Part shown: positions 1 through 14,545 of the stretch, in pieces
Layout: each line of letters starts with the position of its first letter
Numbering within the stretch: the stretch's first letter is position 1
Assembly (NCBI RefSeq): GCF_006345805.1
Contig: NW_021832374.1
Span: 310,001-374,000 of the forward strand
DNA length: 64,000 bases
From: Octopus sinensis
Lineage: Eukaryota
Direction: 5' to 3'
The notes under the pieces: model-generated
Database searches by the model: none
Told to the model about the DNA's origin: nothing
The model's input: only the letters and a program-made list of their open reading frames with translations
Position numbers and translations under genes: made by a program

Positions 1-129
1 TTTTTTTTAATAATGATTTTTCTTTTCGATATCAGAAAATTCGTCACCCCAGATACCAAATAGCATTTTAAAGTAAAAATAACCATCTTCTCTGAAAAAG
101 TCTAACAATTAATAGAATAATAATAATTT

Positions 130-935
130 AGCCATCTTCTCACTGGACCCGCACATTGCCTTCCCCATGAAAAGGAGTGTAAACATTTCAAAACGGCTAT
201 ACACGCTCAGCTGCCTGCCATGCTACTCCCATCCTGGAAACCTCCCTAAAATCGTCCACGGAAGCAGTTCTGAACATCGCCTTCGACGAAATCAGTTGGA
301 CGAAAGACAAACTTCCTGTCACGTTTGGAGGGATCGGTCTCCCAAAGACCTGGCGCCGCATACTTACTTCTCTTCAGTTTGCAGAAGCCGTCAGCTTGTC
401 CAAGAAGTTCTACTTCCCTTCAACGAACTTTCCTTGGACTTACCGGCTGATAACCTGCAAAAATTTTGGACCTCCGCCAAGCTGGCAACTTCTTCTGAGA
501 TGTGCAGACAGAGGGACTGGGACGAGATCTGGGCAGCACACTCCGTCACCAAGCTACAGCCCTTATTGGACCAACAACACCTGGCGTGCTTGGTTTCCGC
601 AGAACATAAATCAAGTGGCGCGTGGCTCGAGGCCTTTCCGTGGGCATCAACGGGCTCGTTGTTGGATGACGAGACCCTCCCGATTAGAGTTGCTCTCCGA
701 TTGGGACTTGCCATCTGCACGCCCTCTCGTGCCGCCGGAGCACTCACGAAGCACTCAACGACTTCATCTCAAGAGCACTCAATGCTGCCGGTTTCCCGAA
801 TGTACTCGAACCAGTCGATCTGGACAGGGGAGACGGCAAGGGCCCCGATGGGATGACAACCTTGCCATTCCGAAATGGCAAATGCCTGTCTGGGACACAG
901 ACACTTGGTCCTTATCGGCGATGCATGAGGATCCT
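130..935 (+). mobile_element. CRE-like (RLE) non-LTR retrotransposon fragment, degenerate
   Basis: GC-rich island translating to SSGAWLEAFP...[17 protein letters not shown] and later [19 protein letters not shown], matching the other CRE-like copies in the window; frameshifts and deletions present. Confidence 0.8.
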
Positions 936-1254
936 CTTGTTGAGACAGAGAATCTCTGAATCTCTGAAAACTATCCGTTTGACTGATATCTAACAATTCT
1001 CTGGTAATGATCGCAGATCGAGCTCGTCTTTCCTCTCGGACTCTTTTTGTATCTATTAAAAAAATGTTTTCAATTCAAAGTCCCTCTTAGGTTGCAAACC
1101 TATCGACAATAAAAAAGTCTACTGTTTAAAATTGGATATAAAAATTGGCTCGCAATAAAAGAATTTCAAAAAGCATTTAAAAAATTTATTAACACAAATT
1201 TTTTTTTTGAAAAGTTCCACTTTATTCTAAAAAAAGAATTCGGTCAAATGTTCG

Positions 1255-1775
1255 AAAGCTTCATGGGCGGGAAGCCGACGCGATCGAGAAAGAATTAGAG
1301 CGTACTATCGCAAGGGATATCCGCTCGAAAAACCATCTCGATTCGCGGGCGTCGCCTGTGATAGCCGACATGCGGGACCCGATCTCCTGAACAAAGCTGA
1401 TTGCCTTACTGCCCAAGGAACCGGAAGTCCCAACCGCGAATGAAAGGAATTGGAACTTCTCCGTAAGTGAGGAGTACTTCCGCATCTTTTTGCATTCCGC
1501 GGTTGTGACAATAGGTCCAGGAGCGGAGGCGGACATCAGCAGGTTCTGAGGCGAGAAAGAGTCCACACACGTGGCATCCCAGGCAAGAGGCTTCCCCCTG
1601 TTGAAGGGAAACACAGTGATCCCGTCAGGCATTTTTCCGTCCCCCCGATCGATCCCAGAGGGTTCAAGCAGGGAGGGGATTCCGGCCATTTCCAGGGCTC
1701 TCCTGATAAGGTCGTTAAGAGCCGCGTGACGCGGGATGCGGCCAGCACTGCGTCTACACGATAGAGCGTGCAAAA
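1255..1775 (-). mobile_element. CRE-like retrotransposon 3' fragment (zinc knuckle end and PD-(D/E)xK endonuclease)
   Basis: ORF 1261-1773: CRRSAGRIPRHAALND...PDGITVFPFNRGKPLAWDATC...ERISLAIVRSNS. Confidence 0.85.
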
Positions 1776-2339
1776 TTAGATTTGACTGAATTTCATTAAA
1801 TTAATTTATATTACAAATAATATCGTTTTTTCACACTTGAGAAAAAAAATGGTCATCTCATCAGAATGTTGCCTATCCCCACGGTCTACCCGAACAGGTT
1901 GGAGTAGTGAAAGAAATACAACCTCATCTACAGTTCATTTCACGATGTCATTGAACAATGCATGTCGTATAAACCTCCAAGCACTATGCATGAACGAGAG
2001 AAAATAAGCATTGATAGTCGTAATTTTTGAAACATCTTAGCATCTTTGATTTTTCAATTAAAACAGGCTTTAGTTTGTGATTCCCAGACATATTTGCACA
2101 CAACATTACAGATACCCGATCCTTAAAATCTTTATATCTTTCAAACTGAGTCTTTAGGGGTATTCACTGTATATTAAAATCGTTTTAATAAAAGCTCGTA
2201 ATTGATCTCGGTATGGTAGTATGTAATCACATGCTAGCGTGCCTTTGCTGTAGTTAGACAGGCTTTAATTTAAACAAAATAAAGTAGTTACGGAAAGCCT
2301 TCTATTAGAATATCTCAACATGAAATAATGGAATAAAAT

Positions 2340-2575
2340 TTTCTAAGACTTCTGATTTTTATAATTAATAAATTATAAAGGAAATAAATTGAAAGCAAAA
2401 CTTCAACAAACGGTCTGGAAGAACAAGCATCAAAAAAATACTTCGTTTGGAAGCAACTTTATTGTGTCTCCTGAGATAATCGCTGATTAAAATGTTTATT
2501 ACACTGAGAAACCAAATTTTCAACAATTTTTTTCTGGCAATGACTCTATAGTGCAAACAAATTACTATCAAGTTA
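2340..2575 (-). mobile_element. Heavily deleted R4-like retrotransposon remnant
   Basis: ILISDYLRRHNKV matches MLISDYTRRHNEIV (4308 copy) and LNSDYLRRHNEVV (33999 copy). Confidence 0.4.
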
Positions 2576-2984
2576 GTATCAAGTTACTAAACTTCGTTTC
2601 GTAAGCCATTATTTTTTTGATAGTTAACAACAACAAGAAGCCCTGCCGCAAGATGAGAACGGAATGTTAACATCTCGCTTGTGCCAGCCACATAAGATTA
2701 AAACAGAGAGAGAACATGTTATTAGGAAACTAACTAATCCAAAGGAAGACGACCCGAACGAAGACATGTGTCTCTGCTAAATCTATTATTTCTTTTCAAG
2801 TGTGGCTGAAGTAGACATTCGGTTCCGCAGTAGTATCACTGATGACGGCATCACTCGTCAATCCTAGTTAGTTTTATTTTATTTTTTTATTTATTTAATT
2901 CAAGAATCACCAACAGTTAATTAGGGTAATATTAGGTAATTCCAACATCCTCAAAGTTTGAAAATACCTTTGCGGTCCGAGTTA

Positions 2985-3245
2985 TTTTTATTTATTTATT
3001 AAAGACCAAACACGGGCAAAGCCAGTTAATTATAGTTATTCCCGTGATCGCCGATCCAAACGAGGGAGATCCTTCTGAAAGGTTCGATCCTGCCCGCATG
3101 ATCGGCCTGAGACGACGATGTCCCAGGGTCTGAGAGCTAGAGGTCCTTTTTCGGTAGGCATTAAGTGCCTCCTGAGCGTTGCCATATCCGAATGGAATTT
3201 TCCAACTGACATGGTGGACCCCATAACGCCACGCTAAGACCGGAA
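2985..3245 (-). mobile_element. Probable LINE 3' end with (TAAA)n tail
   Basis: GC-rich island ending on the minus strand in TAATAAATAAATAAAAATAA; no domain recognised. Confidence 0.3.
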
Positions 3246-3690
3246 GGTAAGAGTTATATGATTATTTGATATATTTTGATAGTTATATGATTATTATAAA
3301 TAAATTCAAGAAAAAATTTTAATTCTATTATAATAAAATATTCACACGTTTTTATTTGTATTTTGTTTTGTTGTTGCTTATTGTTTTATTTGTTTAATTT
3401 ATTTTCTTGTATTAATGGTTAATTTTGTATTAAAATTGATTAAATATATTGTTGGCTTACAGAATTTCTTATAATATTTGATATTTTGTAATTGTATTGG
3501 TCTTATTTTTGCAATGATTTAATCTTTTTTACATTTTAACTATTCAATACATTTTTTGACTTTTCTACAAAACCTTATTTCTTGACGATTTCTATATTTA
3601 TTTAAGAAATAGATTATTGTAAAATTGAAAGAAACATTCATTATTAATAATGTCAGTTAATAAATTCAGAGAAGAGATTGATTTGAGAAA

Positions 3691-3800
3691 TCAATTGAGG
3701 AAGCCCGCTGCCTGTATGGAAAGCGAGTTCCCTCGGAGTATGGCTATTCCGATCCTTTGTCTTAGCCAAACTCCTTCACGAGGATCATTTTTCTTTGTGG
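3691..3800 (-). mobile_element. CRE-like 3' terminal fragment
   Basis: NDPREGVWLRQRIGIAILRGNSLSIQAAG, the C-terminus shared with the other CRE-like copies. Confidence 0.65.
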
Positions 3801-4299
3801 CGAGCATTGTTAAGAAATAAGGAAAACGCCGCAACGCGTTTAAACCAGTTTTTGTTACGCCCGTGTTACTAAAGTGGCGATTATGAAAGGAAGAGTCCTT
3901 TTGTTTATTTGTGACTGAATGACCTGACAATGAGTAAAAGCTTATTTTCAAGCATCCGGGATTATCTCATAAATGTGATCGATAAGTTTATTTAATATTC
4001 AAATAATAATTCAAGTCATTAAACTGACATTAGTGTGGTATTTTAGACAGCTAGACACTTCTGGCAGTCTGCGACATATCTTTGATAAAGGGTTTTATGG
4101 TCTGTGCCTTGCATATATCCACAGTGTGGTGACCATACGATCAACGAATCTGGATTTATTGATAGTTGTTGTTTTTGTATCAATTCCCATCAATAAGACT
4201 CTGACAATCTCCTTAAATTAATTCGGTCTATTCACAATCCTATTCCTTTTTTTTTTCTAAAATTAAGTTTTATTATCCACAATTTTGAAATTTAATTAA

Positions 4300-5320
4300 T
4301 TAACTAATTAACTTTCCTTTTCCATATTAGTTTGCTCCGCCAAGTTTACTCTCGGAATCCTCTTCCCGCTATCTGTTCCCACTTCGGAGTTGTTTCCTTC
4401 ATCGGCGGAAACTACAGAATCTCGCCGTCTCTTCACCGATTTCCGTCCTTCGTCAAATGAGTTACCTGAGGTAGACATATTTTCGAAGCCAAATTTGTGT
4501 TCTACTATCATGCTTTCCATTGTTTTTTTCAAACCAACAGTCTGGATGTATGCTTGCACACTTTCTTTGATTTTAAGAAGGTCCATATATTTTCTGAAGA
4601 ATGTAGAGACTATCCCATCCCACGTGAGGACAATCGGTACAATCTTTACCTTAGCCTTGTGAATTAATTGTAATTCACTGGCTAGAATGTCGTATTTATG
4701 CATTTTTTCCACTTCCACCGATTTCAAATTATCTATCGAGGTAACACCCACTTCAATGATCCATATCAAATTTTCCTTCTTGTCATACAGGAATATATCA
4801 GGCTTGTTATATTGTATTTTTAGTTCAGTTGGAATTGTAGTATCGACCCGAATTTCCGCAGAGCTATTCGACATTATACACTGCACGGAGTGGTTTTTCA
4901 GTCTCTTGGACTTCTTCATTCCAAATCTCCGACACAAGTGCATGTGAACACACCTCACAATCTCGTTATGCCTTCTGGTATAATCTGAAATTAGCATTCT
5001 ACTGCATCGCGTCGCAAGATGGTCCACGGTTTTAGGCGAGGATTTACAATGTGGGCATTTTTCATCAGAGTTTCTGAAAAAGACGTTTCTGTCTTGAAGA
5101 AAAGAGAACATTGCCTCAGATTTAGGAGATATATTCCCTTTCTTTAGCCATGTTGAAGATGTTGGGATATCAAAAGTATTATTCTCAAGCGACTCAAATA
5201 GCTTCGAATGCAACCTTTTCTTTTTAATACTAAGCAACAGTGACTCTATCTGCAAGTCACGTAGTGATTTAGCAATCTCATCGAGTGTGGTTGTTCCATA
5301 TTTACAATGCAACAATCCTA
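4300..5320 (-). mobile_element. 5'-truncated R4/Dong-like RLE retrotransposon
   Basis: ORF 4308-5315 with CCHC knuckle (CPHCKSSPKTVDHLATRC) and RLE motif (KPDIFLYD...IIEVG...K); homologous to 33999-34910. Confidence 0.85.
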
Positions 5321-5573
5321 TTAAAATTTAAATCGTCATTATTGAAATTATCATAATGTACTGGTATTTATCGATTTCAAATAACACAACATTTACATTT
5401 GTTTACTCTATTTATATTCTCAAGCCTACTCCACCACCCTACAAATATGATGGAATAATCGCCAGACTTTTTAATTAATTGCACTCATTGAAACAAGTAT
5501 ATTCTCGAAGTACGAAAAATATTTAATTAAAATGGGGAATAAGTTATACACGAATTAATAAAGAGCCTGGAGG

Positions 5574-6290
5574 TCAGCTCAAAGTCGCCGCACTGCGTAT
5601 CGAGTGGCAGTTTCCGCGGAGCACTGCGACCGAGATTCGCTGGAAGAGCCAGCTCGTCTCCCTCCGGTCGTTGGTCTTCTTGCCGATTCTCCTGGCAATG
5701 TCGGCAAGAAGGCGAGTCGCAGACCTGCCGACAATTCCAGATGTTTCGAAGGCGAGGGGGACAAACTCGTAAGAGTCCGAAATATTTCCATACTTCGACC
5801 TCTTAGCCTCCTCAGCCTGAGCACTGGCGGAACCCGGGTTAGTGATGGACTTGAGTAACACCGACGCGGAGAACGAGTCAACACAAGTTGCGTCCCAAAT
5901 CAGGGACTTGCCTTCCCTGAAAGGGAAGGTAGTCATCCCGTCAGGACGCTTTCCATCACTCCGGCAGAGACCGACTGGCTCTAGAGTGGAGGGGAAACCT
6001 GCCGACTCTAGAGCCCTTTTCACGACGTCATTGAGGTGAGTGTGGCGAGGAATTCTGCCAGCACTCTTCTTGCACGAGAGGGTGTGCAAACCGTTCGGAG
6101 AGATCGTGGACCCGCACCGGCATGGGTGGGGCTGACAGATGTCCAGGCCCAAGCGTAAGCAGACACCAATCCGTAAGGATTCGTCGTCCAAGAGATGTCC
6201 CGTACTAGGGGTAGGGAGTGCATTGAGCCAGTCTCCCGTATGCGGCTGGCAAGCGCAGTTGAGAGATGCCAGTTGGACTTTTGACTTCTG
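5574..6290 (-). mobile_element. CRE-like retrotransposon 3' part
   Basis: DWLNALP...LLDDESLRIGVCLRLGL, then CRCG...HTLSC and RPDGMTTFPFREGKSLIWDATC. Confidence 0.85.
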
Positions 6291-6329
6291 TGATTTAAGA
6301 TTTTTGACATCGAATTTCTGTGATTTCCG

Positions 6330-6900
6330 TTTTGGTTGTGTTCACAGTGAGGAACCATTTTCCAAGCTCTGCTGGGGCAACAAACATAACAGAGAAATCG
6401 GCCTGAAAGATGTCAGGTCTCCTCTTGGTATCCAGGCTTCAGTATCGGTCTTATTAGGGCCTGTTTTCATATTGACGGAATCACATTGTTGTTGATTGAA
6501 TAGTTGATGATAGATGTTAGGAACCTGACTCTTTCGACGCCAAAGTTTTTTAATAGACTGACCGGATTTTATCCGGGCCGTGAGAATACGATGATTTTGT
6601 GGAGTGCAAGGCAAAGGTGAGCAGAGCAAGCTTTCTTAGCTGGTGTGGAGTGGGGTGAATATTTTTGTGGAGTGGGGTGAGCAAAGCAAGCTTTCTTAGC
6701 TTTTCCCGATGTTGGACTCTGGACCAAACGCAAGTGCGGAACGGACGGGGAACATTTGTAAGGAATTTAATCGGGGTGATGCGCTTCTGGTTGCTAAAGT
6801 CTTGGTCTTTTGACAGTTGGTCCTGTTGAATGGCTAAGAAGACCTTTCCACCTTCCTGGTGGTCAAGTGGGCTTGGAATAATATTGTTCAATTTGGAAAT
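6330..6900 (-). mobile_element. Degenerate APE-RT LINE fragment containing a short tandem duplication
   Basis: IPRGDLTSFRPISLLCLL is the motif that precedes RT domains; GGTGAGCA(G/A)AGCAAGCTTTCTTAGCT occurs twice in 6617-6701. Confidence 0.4.
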
Positions 6901-6904
6901 TGTC

Positions 6905-6965
6905 GTCGTTTGAGACTGCGAATGGCAGCCCGGACGTCACCCACGGCTAGTTTGACACAAACACG
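6905..6965 (-). mobile_element. CRE-like internal fragment
   Basis: Reverse complement AAACTAGCCGTGGGTGACGTCCGGGCTGCCATTCGC closely matches 16748-16783 (KLAxGDVRAAIR). Confidence 0.55.
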
Positions 6966-7019
6966 ATCAGTCAGGGTGTCCTCCTGTGAGGGGTTCCGTG
7001 CGCCAGTGGGACAAAACTG

Positions 7020-8900
7020 ATTAGACGAGGTCATGCTTTCCAACTATTAGACGTGAGACGTTGATGAAGGAAGTAAGACATTTGGAAACTTGTATCCTTG
7101 TTGACTTTGGAATGCGAAGGGGAATTTTCAAAGAACTTCGAAAGCAGGACAGTTTGAAGAAGAATGAGTTGACGTCCAATTGATGAGAGACTACTTTATT
7201 GAAAAATGGGTACTTTGCCATACACAATAAATGCTGAAGACGTCCATGTTTCCTCCTTTTTAACCATTAAACCCATCTGTTCCACACCATAAAACACATC
7301 CCGTAAGAACATCTTCATGTGAGTGGCAATGTCTGATAATTCTCTTTGCCTTACTGCTTCTGAGTCACCAGACACCAGTTTGTATGTGACATTCTCTCTA
7401 TTCAACGCTGTATTCGCCCTCGTGTCGTCATTTACAGTTGGCTCAAAAAGTCATAGCACCACTTAATAAATTTTAGTATTTTACGTTTTTACCCATAAAA
7501 TATGAAGTATTTTGACTTTTAATTATTTTTTCAAAAATTAAAGCATAACTCACTTTAAAATTTGAACGAACCTATATTTTTGTACTAAAAATTGACTTTT
7601 TTAATTCTTAAAAAAATATGCCGAATAAAATGAGGCATTAAAAAATATCTATCAAAAAAGATTAAAAAATTGCTCATTTTAATTATTCAAATGTATTGTT
7701 TTTATCTGTAAAAAATCCAGTTCAATTAAAAAGACAAATTTGTAGGATACATCCTGCAAGATCCCTCTCTCCATGTTCACTTCACCAATCTCTTTTTGAT
7801 TAAATCTCAGCTTGATCTTTCATTTCGTGACAATTTCCTTGATAAAATCCACAATCCAATGGGGAAGGCCGGAGTTATCGAGGACTTGATACAGAAACTC
7901 GTGATCGTAAGTCAAAAGCCTTCTTTACATCAATCCAGGCAGAAGGCAAATTATTCCCTTTTTGTTGATGGACACATTGGTTGAGAAATGCCTGCTCTTT
8001 GGCTCCTTGGCACATTCTTCTTGTCGCTGATCAAATTGTATGCTTCAATGTAGTTCGTCAATTTTCTGTTCACACATTTTGTTACAAGTTTATATAGATT
8101 TGACATGCAAGTAATCGGCCTCAGGTTCTTGGGTGAGTCACAAATTTTATTTTTGGGAGTAAGATGGGTAATCCCTGTGTAGAACCACTCACCAGGTGTG
8201 TACTTTCCATATATGATATTCGCGACTTTCTTACAAAGGTCATCGTGGACCGTAGTAAACTTTTTCAAGAAAAAATCGTATACGTCATCGCATCCACAGG
8301 CTCTTCCATTTGGCAGCTGATTAATGATCTCAATAATGGTGTCTTTTCCAAAATCAGCAGTTGTGTCCTCGGCACCAGTCACCCAATTATCCAATAAAAT
8401 CGAGTCCCCTACGGGCTCATGTTTTACCCAAATACTCTCCCAGAATGAGAGACACTGACTCTGGTCAAACATAAACTGTGTATTCTTTTTCTCAGTCAAG
8501 TTTCTGTAAAACGTTAAGTTCAAAACACATATTGTCCCTCCGGAATTTTTCCCTTGTTTCATGGGTTGCCAATTTTTTTGCAACAATCCTTACCTCATCC
8601 TGGATGCAGGTGACAATTCTAAATAAATCTCCTTTTTTGGCCTTCCGGTATCCATATTTGCTCAAAATGTCTCTCAATTCGTCACTGAATGATTTTCTCG
8701 TTTTGTCATTATTAGTTAGTGGTGTTACCAACTCGAGTTCCTTCCTAAGTTTGTCAAGCTTCGCGTTCATAATTCCAATCCACTCACTTTTTTACCGACT
8801 CGGTGGGTCAATGCATCATATGCTCGTTGGCCAGCATAGAGGATGTCGGCAATGTCATTGAGATTAGCCGGTTGATTTTCTTTCATAAATTTCCCTTAGT
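7020..8900 (-). mobile_element. R4-like retrotransposon, degenerate RT region
   Basis: FYRNL, ACGCDDVYDFFLKK, LRPITCMSNLYKLVT and AWIDVKKAFD...ERGILQ parallel the element at 35062-36866; stops and frameshifts. Confidence 0.8.
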
Positions 8901-9278
8901 GGTCTGAAACTTTTCATTGAACGGCCTTGTTATATGAGGCCATTTACCGCGAGGAATCCTTCCAAATCTTTGTCTGGCAGAATGAACCACTTCTGTGGCC
9001 CACTGAATCTTATCGGAACTTTAAATTTGGCAATGTAGAAAATTACTTTATAAGTTTTTATAAAAAATTCTATTGTAGTAATGTTATTTTTATGAAAAAT
9101 AAATGTCACTTTCGGTTAGCGTGGCAATACTATTTGTATTGACAAAAGTCGGAATGCACCGAGGATGTGAAATCAGGAATCACATTTGCCAATATTGGAC
9201 ATGGGAGGCAATTTATATAGAAGAAGAAGAATATGGTTTATTTAATACAATAGGTCCAAAAGAAAAGTGGCCGAGGAA

Positions 9279-10890
9279 TTAGAGCTTAGGGGGCGTGATA
9301 ACGAGAGCCACGAAGGTCTCAACTTCGGTTTTGCCCCAGGAGACTGTCTTATCTCCCTCAGCGAATTCGAGTTTTTGCCAGGATCGCGTCAATCGTGTCA
9401 ACACTCCGCTCATGCAGGTCTTCCAGCGGACTGCTGAGCTCCAGGCCGAATGCCAGTTTGATGGCAAATCGTCTGGTTTTTTCGAGTTTGGCGATTAGAA
9501 GGTCCCTTTCATCAGTTTGGTACCAGCCCTCCGAGCCATAGATTATTAGTGGCTGAACACAAGTCTGGTAGATGTGTAGAAACGTTTCTGCGCTTAGACA
9601 AAAACGCCTTAGTCCTTTTAGGATTTTCGCTCCTTGTTTCCGCTTTGCATGCACATGGGGTTTGTATGACCCGGTGGGGTCTATAGTTACTCCCAGGTAA
9701 CGTAGGTTCTTCGATATAATCAGGTTCCCATAATCCTCGAAAGTCGGTTTTTTTGTCACGACCCATTGAAATCCAACAAATGGTACTTTTGTCCAGAGCG
9801 AGATTCAAGCCTTTACCATTGCACCAGATTTCAAGTTCCTCCAAGTACGGTTCTAGTCTGCTCCAGGACAACCTTCTTCTGTGTCGGGGTCCCCACATCG
9901 AGACATCCGTAACCAAGATATCGTCCGCGTAGATAATTAGTCTGCTCGTAGGAAAATGTGGTTTCGGGACGTCGGCCAGAAATATATTAAAGAGCAAGGG
10001 GCTGAGAACCGATCCCTGAGGAACACCTCTCCTCAGATTCACGGCCTTCGATAGCAAATTTCCACAACGAATGAACGATTTTCTCTCGCACAAGAAGTCC
10101 TTAAGCCATCTGACAGTTTTTCGCCCAGCACCCAACTCCGCTACTTTATCTAACAACCCCAAGTGCCAGACACTGTCAAAGGCCTTGCAGACGTCCAGGC
10201 AGACCGCCGTTAGGCAGGCTTTATGGAGTTTGGCCCGAGACAGTTCTTCCTCAAGAAGCGAGAAACAGTGACCGGTTGATCGACCAGGTCTAAAACCCCA
10301 CTGTTCCTCCGCGAGTATATTATTTTGTTCCACGTAAGCCGATAAATGATTGAAAATAATTCTTTCCATTATCCTCGACGTTGTGCAGATAAGGCTAATT
10401 GGCCTATAACTTCCTGCCTGCGTCTTTGGTTTTCCAGGTTTTGGGATCATTCGGACGATTGTTCGTTTCCAGCTAGATGGGACGTGACCATTGTCCCAAA
10501 TGGCATTGAATAGTTTCACCAGAATACGAAGCAAGCATCCGGGTGCCTTCTTGAACACCTCCATAGGGATAAAGTCAAATCCAGGAGCGTTGTTCTTGCA
10601 ACCTCTGATTGCTTCGAACGTCTCTTCCGTGGTTATTTCCCTGCACAAGAGTCCATCCAAAACAAGTTTTGAGCGGGAATTTCGGGTCGACTCCTCAAAT
10701 ATTTTCAGAGGCAGGATAGACGAAGGGTCCACCTCCTGAATCCCTGCTAGCTGCTGGCGGAAGACCTCCGGGACTTCCTCAGTAGGAACAAAGCCTCCAT
10801 CCACCGATTTAAGAATGATTTCTTCTCCTTTCGCCTCCGTCCCGTTCATTATTTTGTATAGTTTCCAGAATATTCGAAAGTTGATCAAAA
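9279..10890 (-). mobile_element. APE-type LINE, RT region (5'-truncated)
   Basis: ORF 9512-10888: PGFDFIP, YRPISL, QWGFRPGRS, DVCKAFD, GVPQGSVLSPLLF, YADD; continues after a frameshift with YLGV (9358-9759). Confidence 0.85.
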
Positions 10891-11333
10891 TTCAAAGAGG
10901 ATCCTTAATTAAAAAGATAAACTCAAAAGTCTTAAAAAAACTCTTTTTAGCAGCGTGAACCACCCCCGCATATTGACGTGTCGTCGTAATCAAAGTGGCT
11001 TAATGATGGGAATAACTCTTTCTGATCAGAAGCGTTATTCTAAGATGCAGATCCTTTCCTGATATTTGGTACTTGTCGTTGTAATTTGCTATTTCTCTTC
11101 TGGTGCCAGGAGTTTGTCAAAATAACCCTACATGCTTAGTTATTGGAAAACTTAAATTTTTTATTTCTAAACTATCTTCTTGGTGGTTATCTCGCCATAA
11201 TCTCAATTACGTGTTTTATCGAATATATTTGTTATGTATTCTCAATTACAGCCAAAGTTTTTTGGTGGTTAATTTAAAAACACGTTAAAGAAACATACGT
11301 TTGTAAGTTATAACCAAAACGTTTCATTAGTAA

Positions 11334-12521
<1,188 letters not shown>

Positions 12522-13250
12522 TGATAAGAAATAGGTTAGATATGTAGTTCAAATATTTTATTAGTTTTTAGCCAAACAAAAAATAAACCATTAAATACCA
12601 ATAAAATAAATAATTTTTTAGGGTTTTAGGAAATCTGCAATTTCTTCGTTCTTTCGATCCCATTGATCACGACAAATCTTGTACAGCACAGGAAACAATA
12701 AGAGTTATTAGTTTGGTCCATTTCCTTTTATCTAAGTCTTTCCCTAGACTCCGAAGGTCTCTATCTATTATCTATATTGTTAGTAAAATAACATATTACG
12801 GGTTTCATTAGAAGAATATGAATTTCGCGTTATTCTCGTGTCCAATTCGACCGTTATTTTATTTGAAAATTCTACACGAAAATTACGACGAATAAGCTGG
12901 ATAAGTATTGGAAAAAATATCATTGATATATGTAAGCAAAATATATTACTCTGGAACGCAAATTATTTTCTATTATTAATTTTTTGACCAGATGACCAAA
13001 ACAACCATCATCCAGAAAACCCGATGGCAATGGTGAATCCAAAAATCCAGGTATGATGCTATCGTGGTTATCTAAATTTATAATAAAAAAGACATATTAC
13101 GGATTTCATAAAGATTGTCTGTTTTCATAAGGAGTGTTTTTGTTAGTCTTGTGTATTACGCGAGTACGACTCCATTCGGGTACGAGATGACCACGACCGT
13201 TGTTTTACTTTGAAAATTCTACACAAAAATTACGAATTAATGACCCACTA

Positions 13251-13862
13251 ATTCTAAAATTATTTTCAGCATAACACGTTATAGCGTTATTAAATATAGT
13301 TTATTTTCAGCTATAGTTAAACATTAATAATGACTCAATATTGAAAAATCTAGTTGGTTTTAAGAAGAGATTAAAGAAATATTCAAAAGTTTCTAAAAGT
13401 ATTGCCTTGCCTGCTTTCAAAAACAGCGAAATTAACAAATATTGATTCCGACAATTCAAACAATGATTTTTATTAAACATTAATCTTTTAGTCCTCTACT
13501 AATGCCTATTACCATGGTATCTGCTTTTTCTTTGTTTCCGGTCCTATCTGTTTTGAATTTCCCAATCACACGCTTCTAACATGTTTTTAATCATTAATCT
13601 CTTCAAAGATAATAATAACTCCTCCAACACCAAAATTCAAAAGCATCAATTTTTCATCTATTCGCCTTTTCAGTATTCATATTTAAGCGCCGTATATAAA
13701 AATTCTAAAATTATTTTCAACATAACACGTTGTAACGTTATTAAATATAGTTTATTTTCCGCCATTGTTAAACATTAATAATGACTCAATACTGAAAGTT
13801 TAGTTGGTTTTAAGAAAAGAGATTAAAGAAATATTCGAAAGTTTCTGAAAGTATTGCCTTGC
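13251..13862. repeat. Approximately 160-bp direct repeat pair (13251-13412 and 13702-13862)
   Basis: Near-identical blocks ATTCTAAAATTATTTTCA...AAAGTATTGCCTTGCC. Confidence 0.8.
13485..13700 (-). mobile_element. RTE/BovB-like LINE 3' remnant
   Basis: KIDAFEFWCWR resembles the RTE C-terminal motif RIDAFELWCWRR; deleted and interrupted by stops. Confidence 0.5.
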
Positions 13863-14129
13863 CAGTCTGATTCGGTTTAAGCAAATATCTCTGCTTTTCC
13901 ATATATTATTTTTCTTTATAATTTCTTCAGAATTTTATACAAAAGTTAAAAAACTAAAGATCCTTAAGAATCGACGAGTAAGTAGAAATTTAAAAAATCT
14001 CTTATTGTGCTACAAAAGGCACAATTGTAAAATACACAATCAAAAATGAATGGCCATTTCTTTCAAAAATAAATTTTGAATTTACTACCGGACAAGTATA
14101 AACAATATTTACTTATAGATTTAAGAATA

Positions 14130-14473
14130 CTGGCATTCCTATATGAACTAACAAAGCAAGTCTCTCGTTTGAAACGCCACTTTTCGGCAACCATGCTCCC
14201 CAAGACTTGCAGCAACCCGGCTTCGGCAGTGCTAAAGCCGAAGAGTCAACGAGGACAAAATACATATTTATTCCGGACTCTTTTGAGCTATGCCTCCTTG
14301 CTTTCACAAACTCAGGAATCTTAGAAAAGTCGGCAATTCAACTACTCACTGACATTAGTAGGAGAATCTCCTCGAGAACAAACGACCGGGAGGGGACTAG
14401 CTGGTTTTTTCAGCGAACCTCGGTGACCGTGCTTAGTGGACCCTCTCGACTGCTATTTCAGCCACTTACGTAG
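14130..14473 (+). mobile_element. CRE-like 3' fragment
   Basis: AEESTRTKY...FELCLLAFTNSG...TNDREGTSWFFQRTSVTVL. Confidence 0.7.
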
Positions 14474-14545
14474 GTAGCATCTAACTTTGTTGAAAGAAAA
14501 AACATATTTCCTGAACTAAATAGTAAATAATTATATATTTAAAAT

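Noticed and set aside
2835-2875. CTGATGA core as a hammerhead ribozyme
   Set aside because: No matching GAAA core or three-stem arrangement found
4030-4200. YVADCQKC on the minus strand as an LTR integrase zinc finger
   Set aside because: Single short motif with no RNase H, integrase core or LTRs
6617-6701. Repeat-spacer-repeat pattern as a CRISPR array
   Set aside because: Only two units, inside a LINE fragment in a eukaryotic genome, with no cas genes
12600-13900. An LRR- or FN3-like gene upstream of cathepsin (LTMAENKL, EEYEFRVILV)
   Set aside because: I could not build a consistent spliced frame; the motifs are short and on conflicting strands
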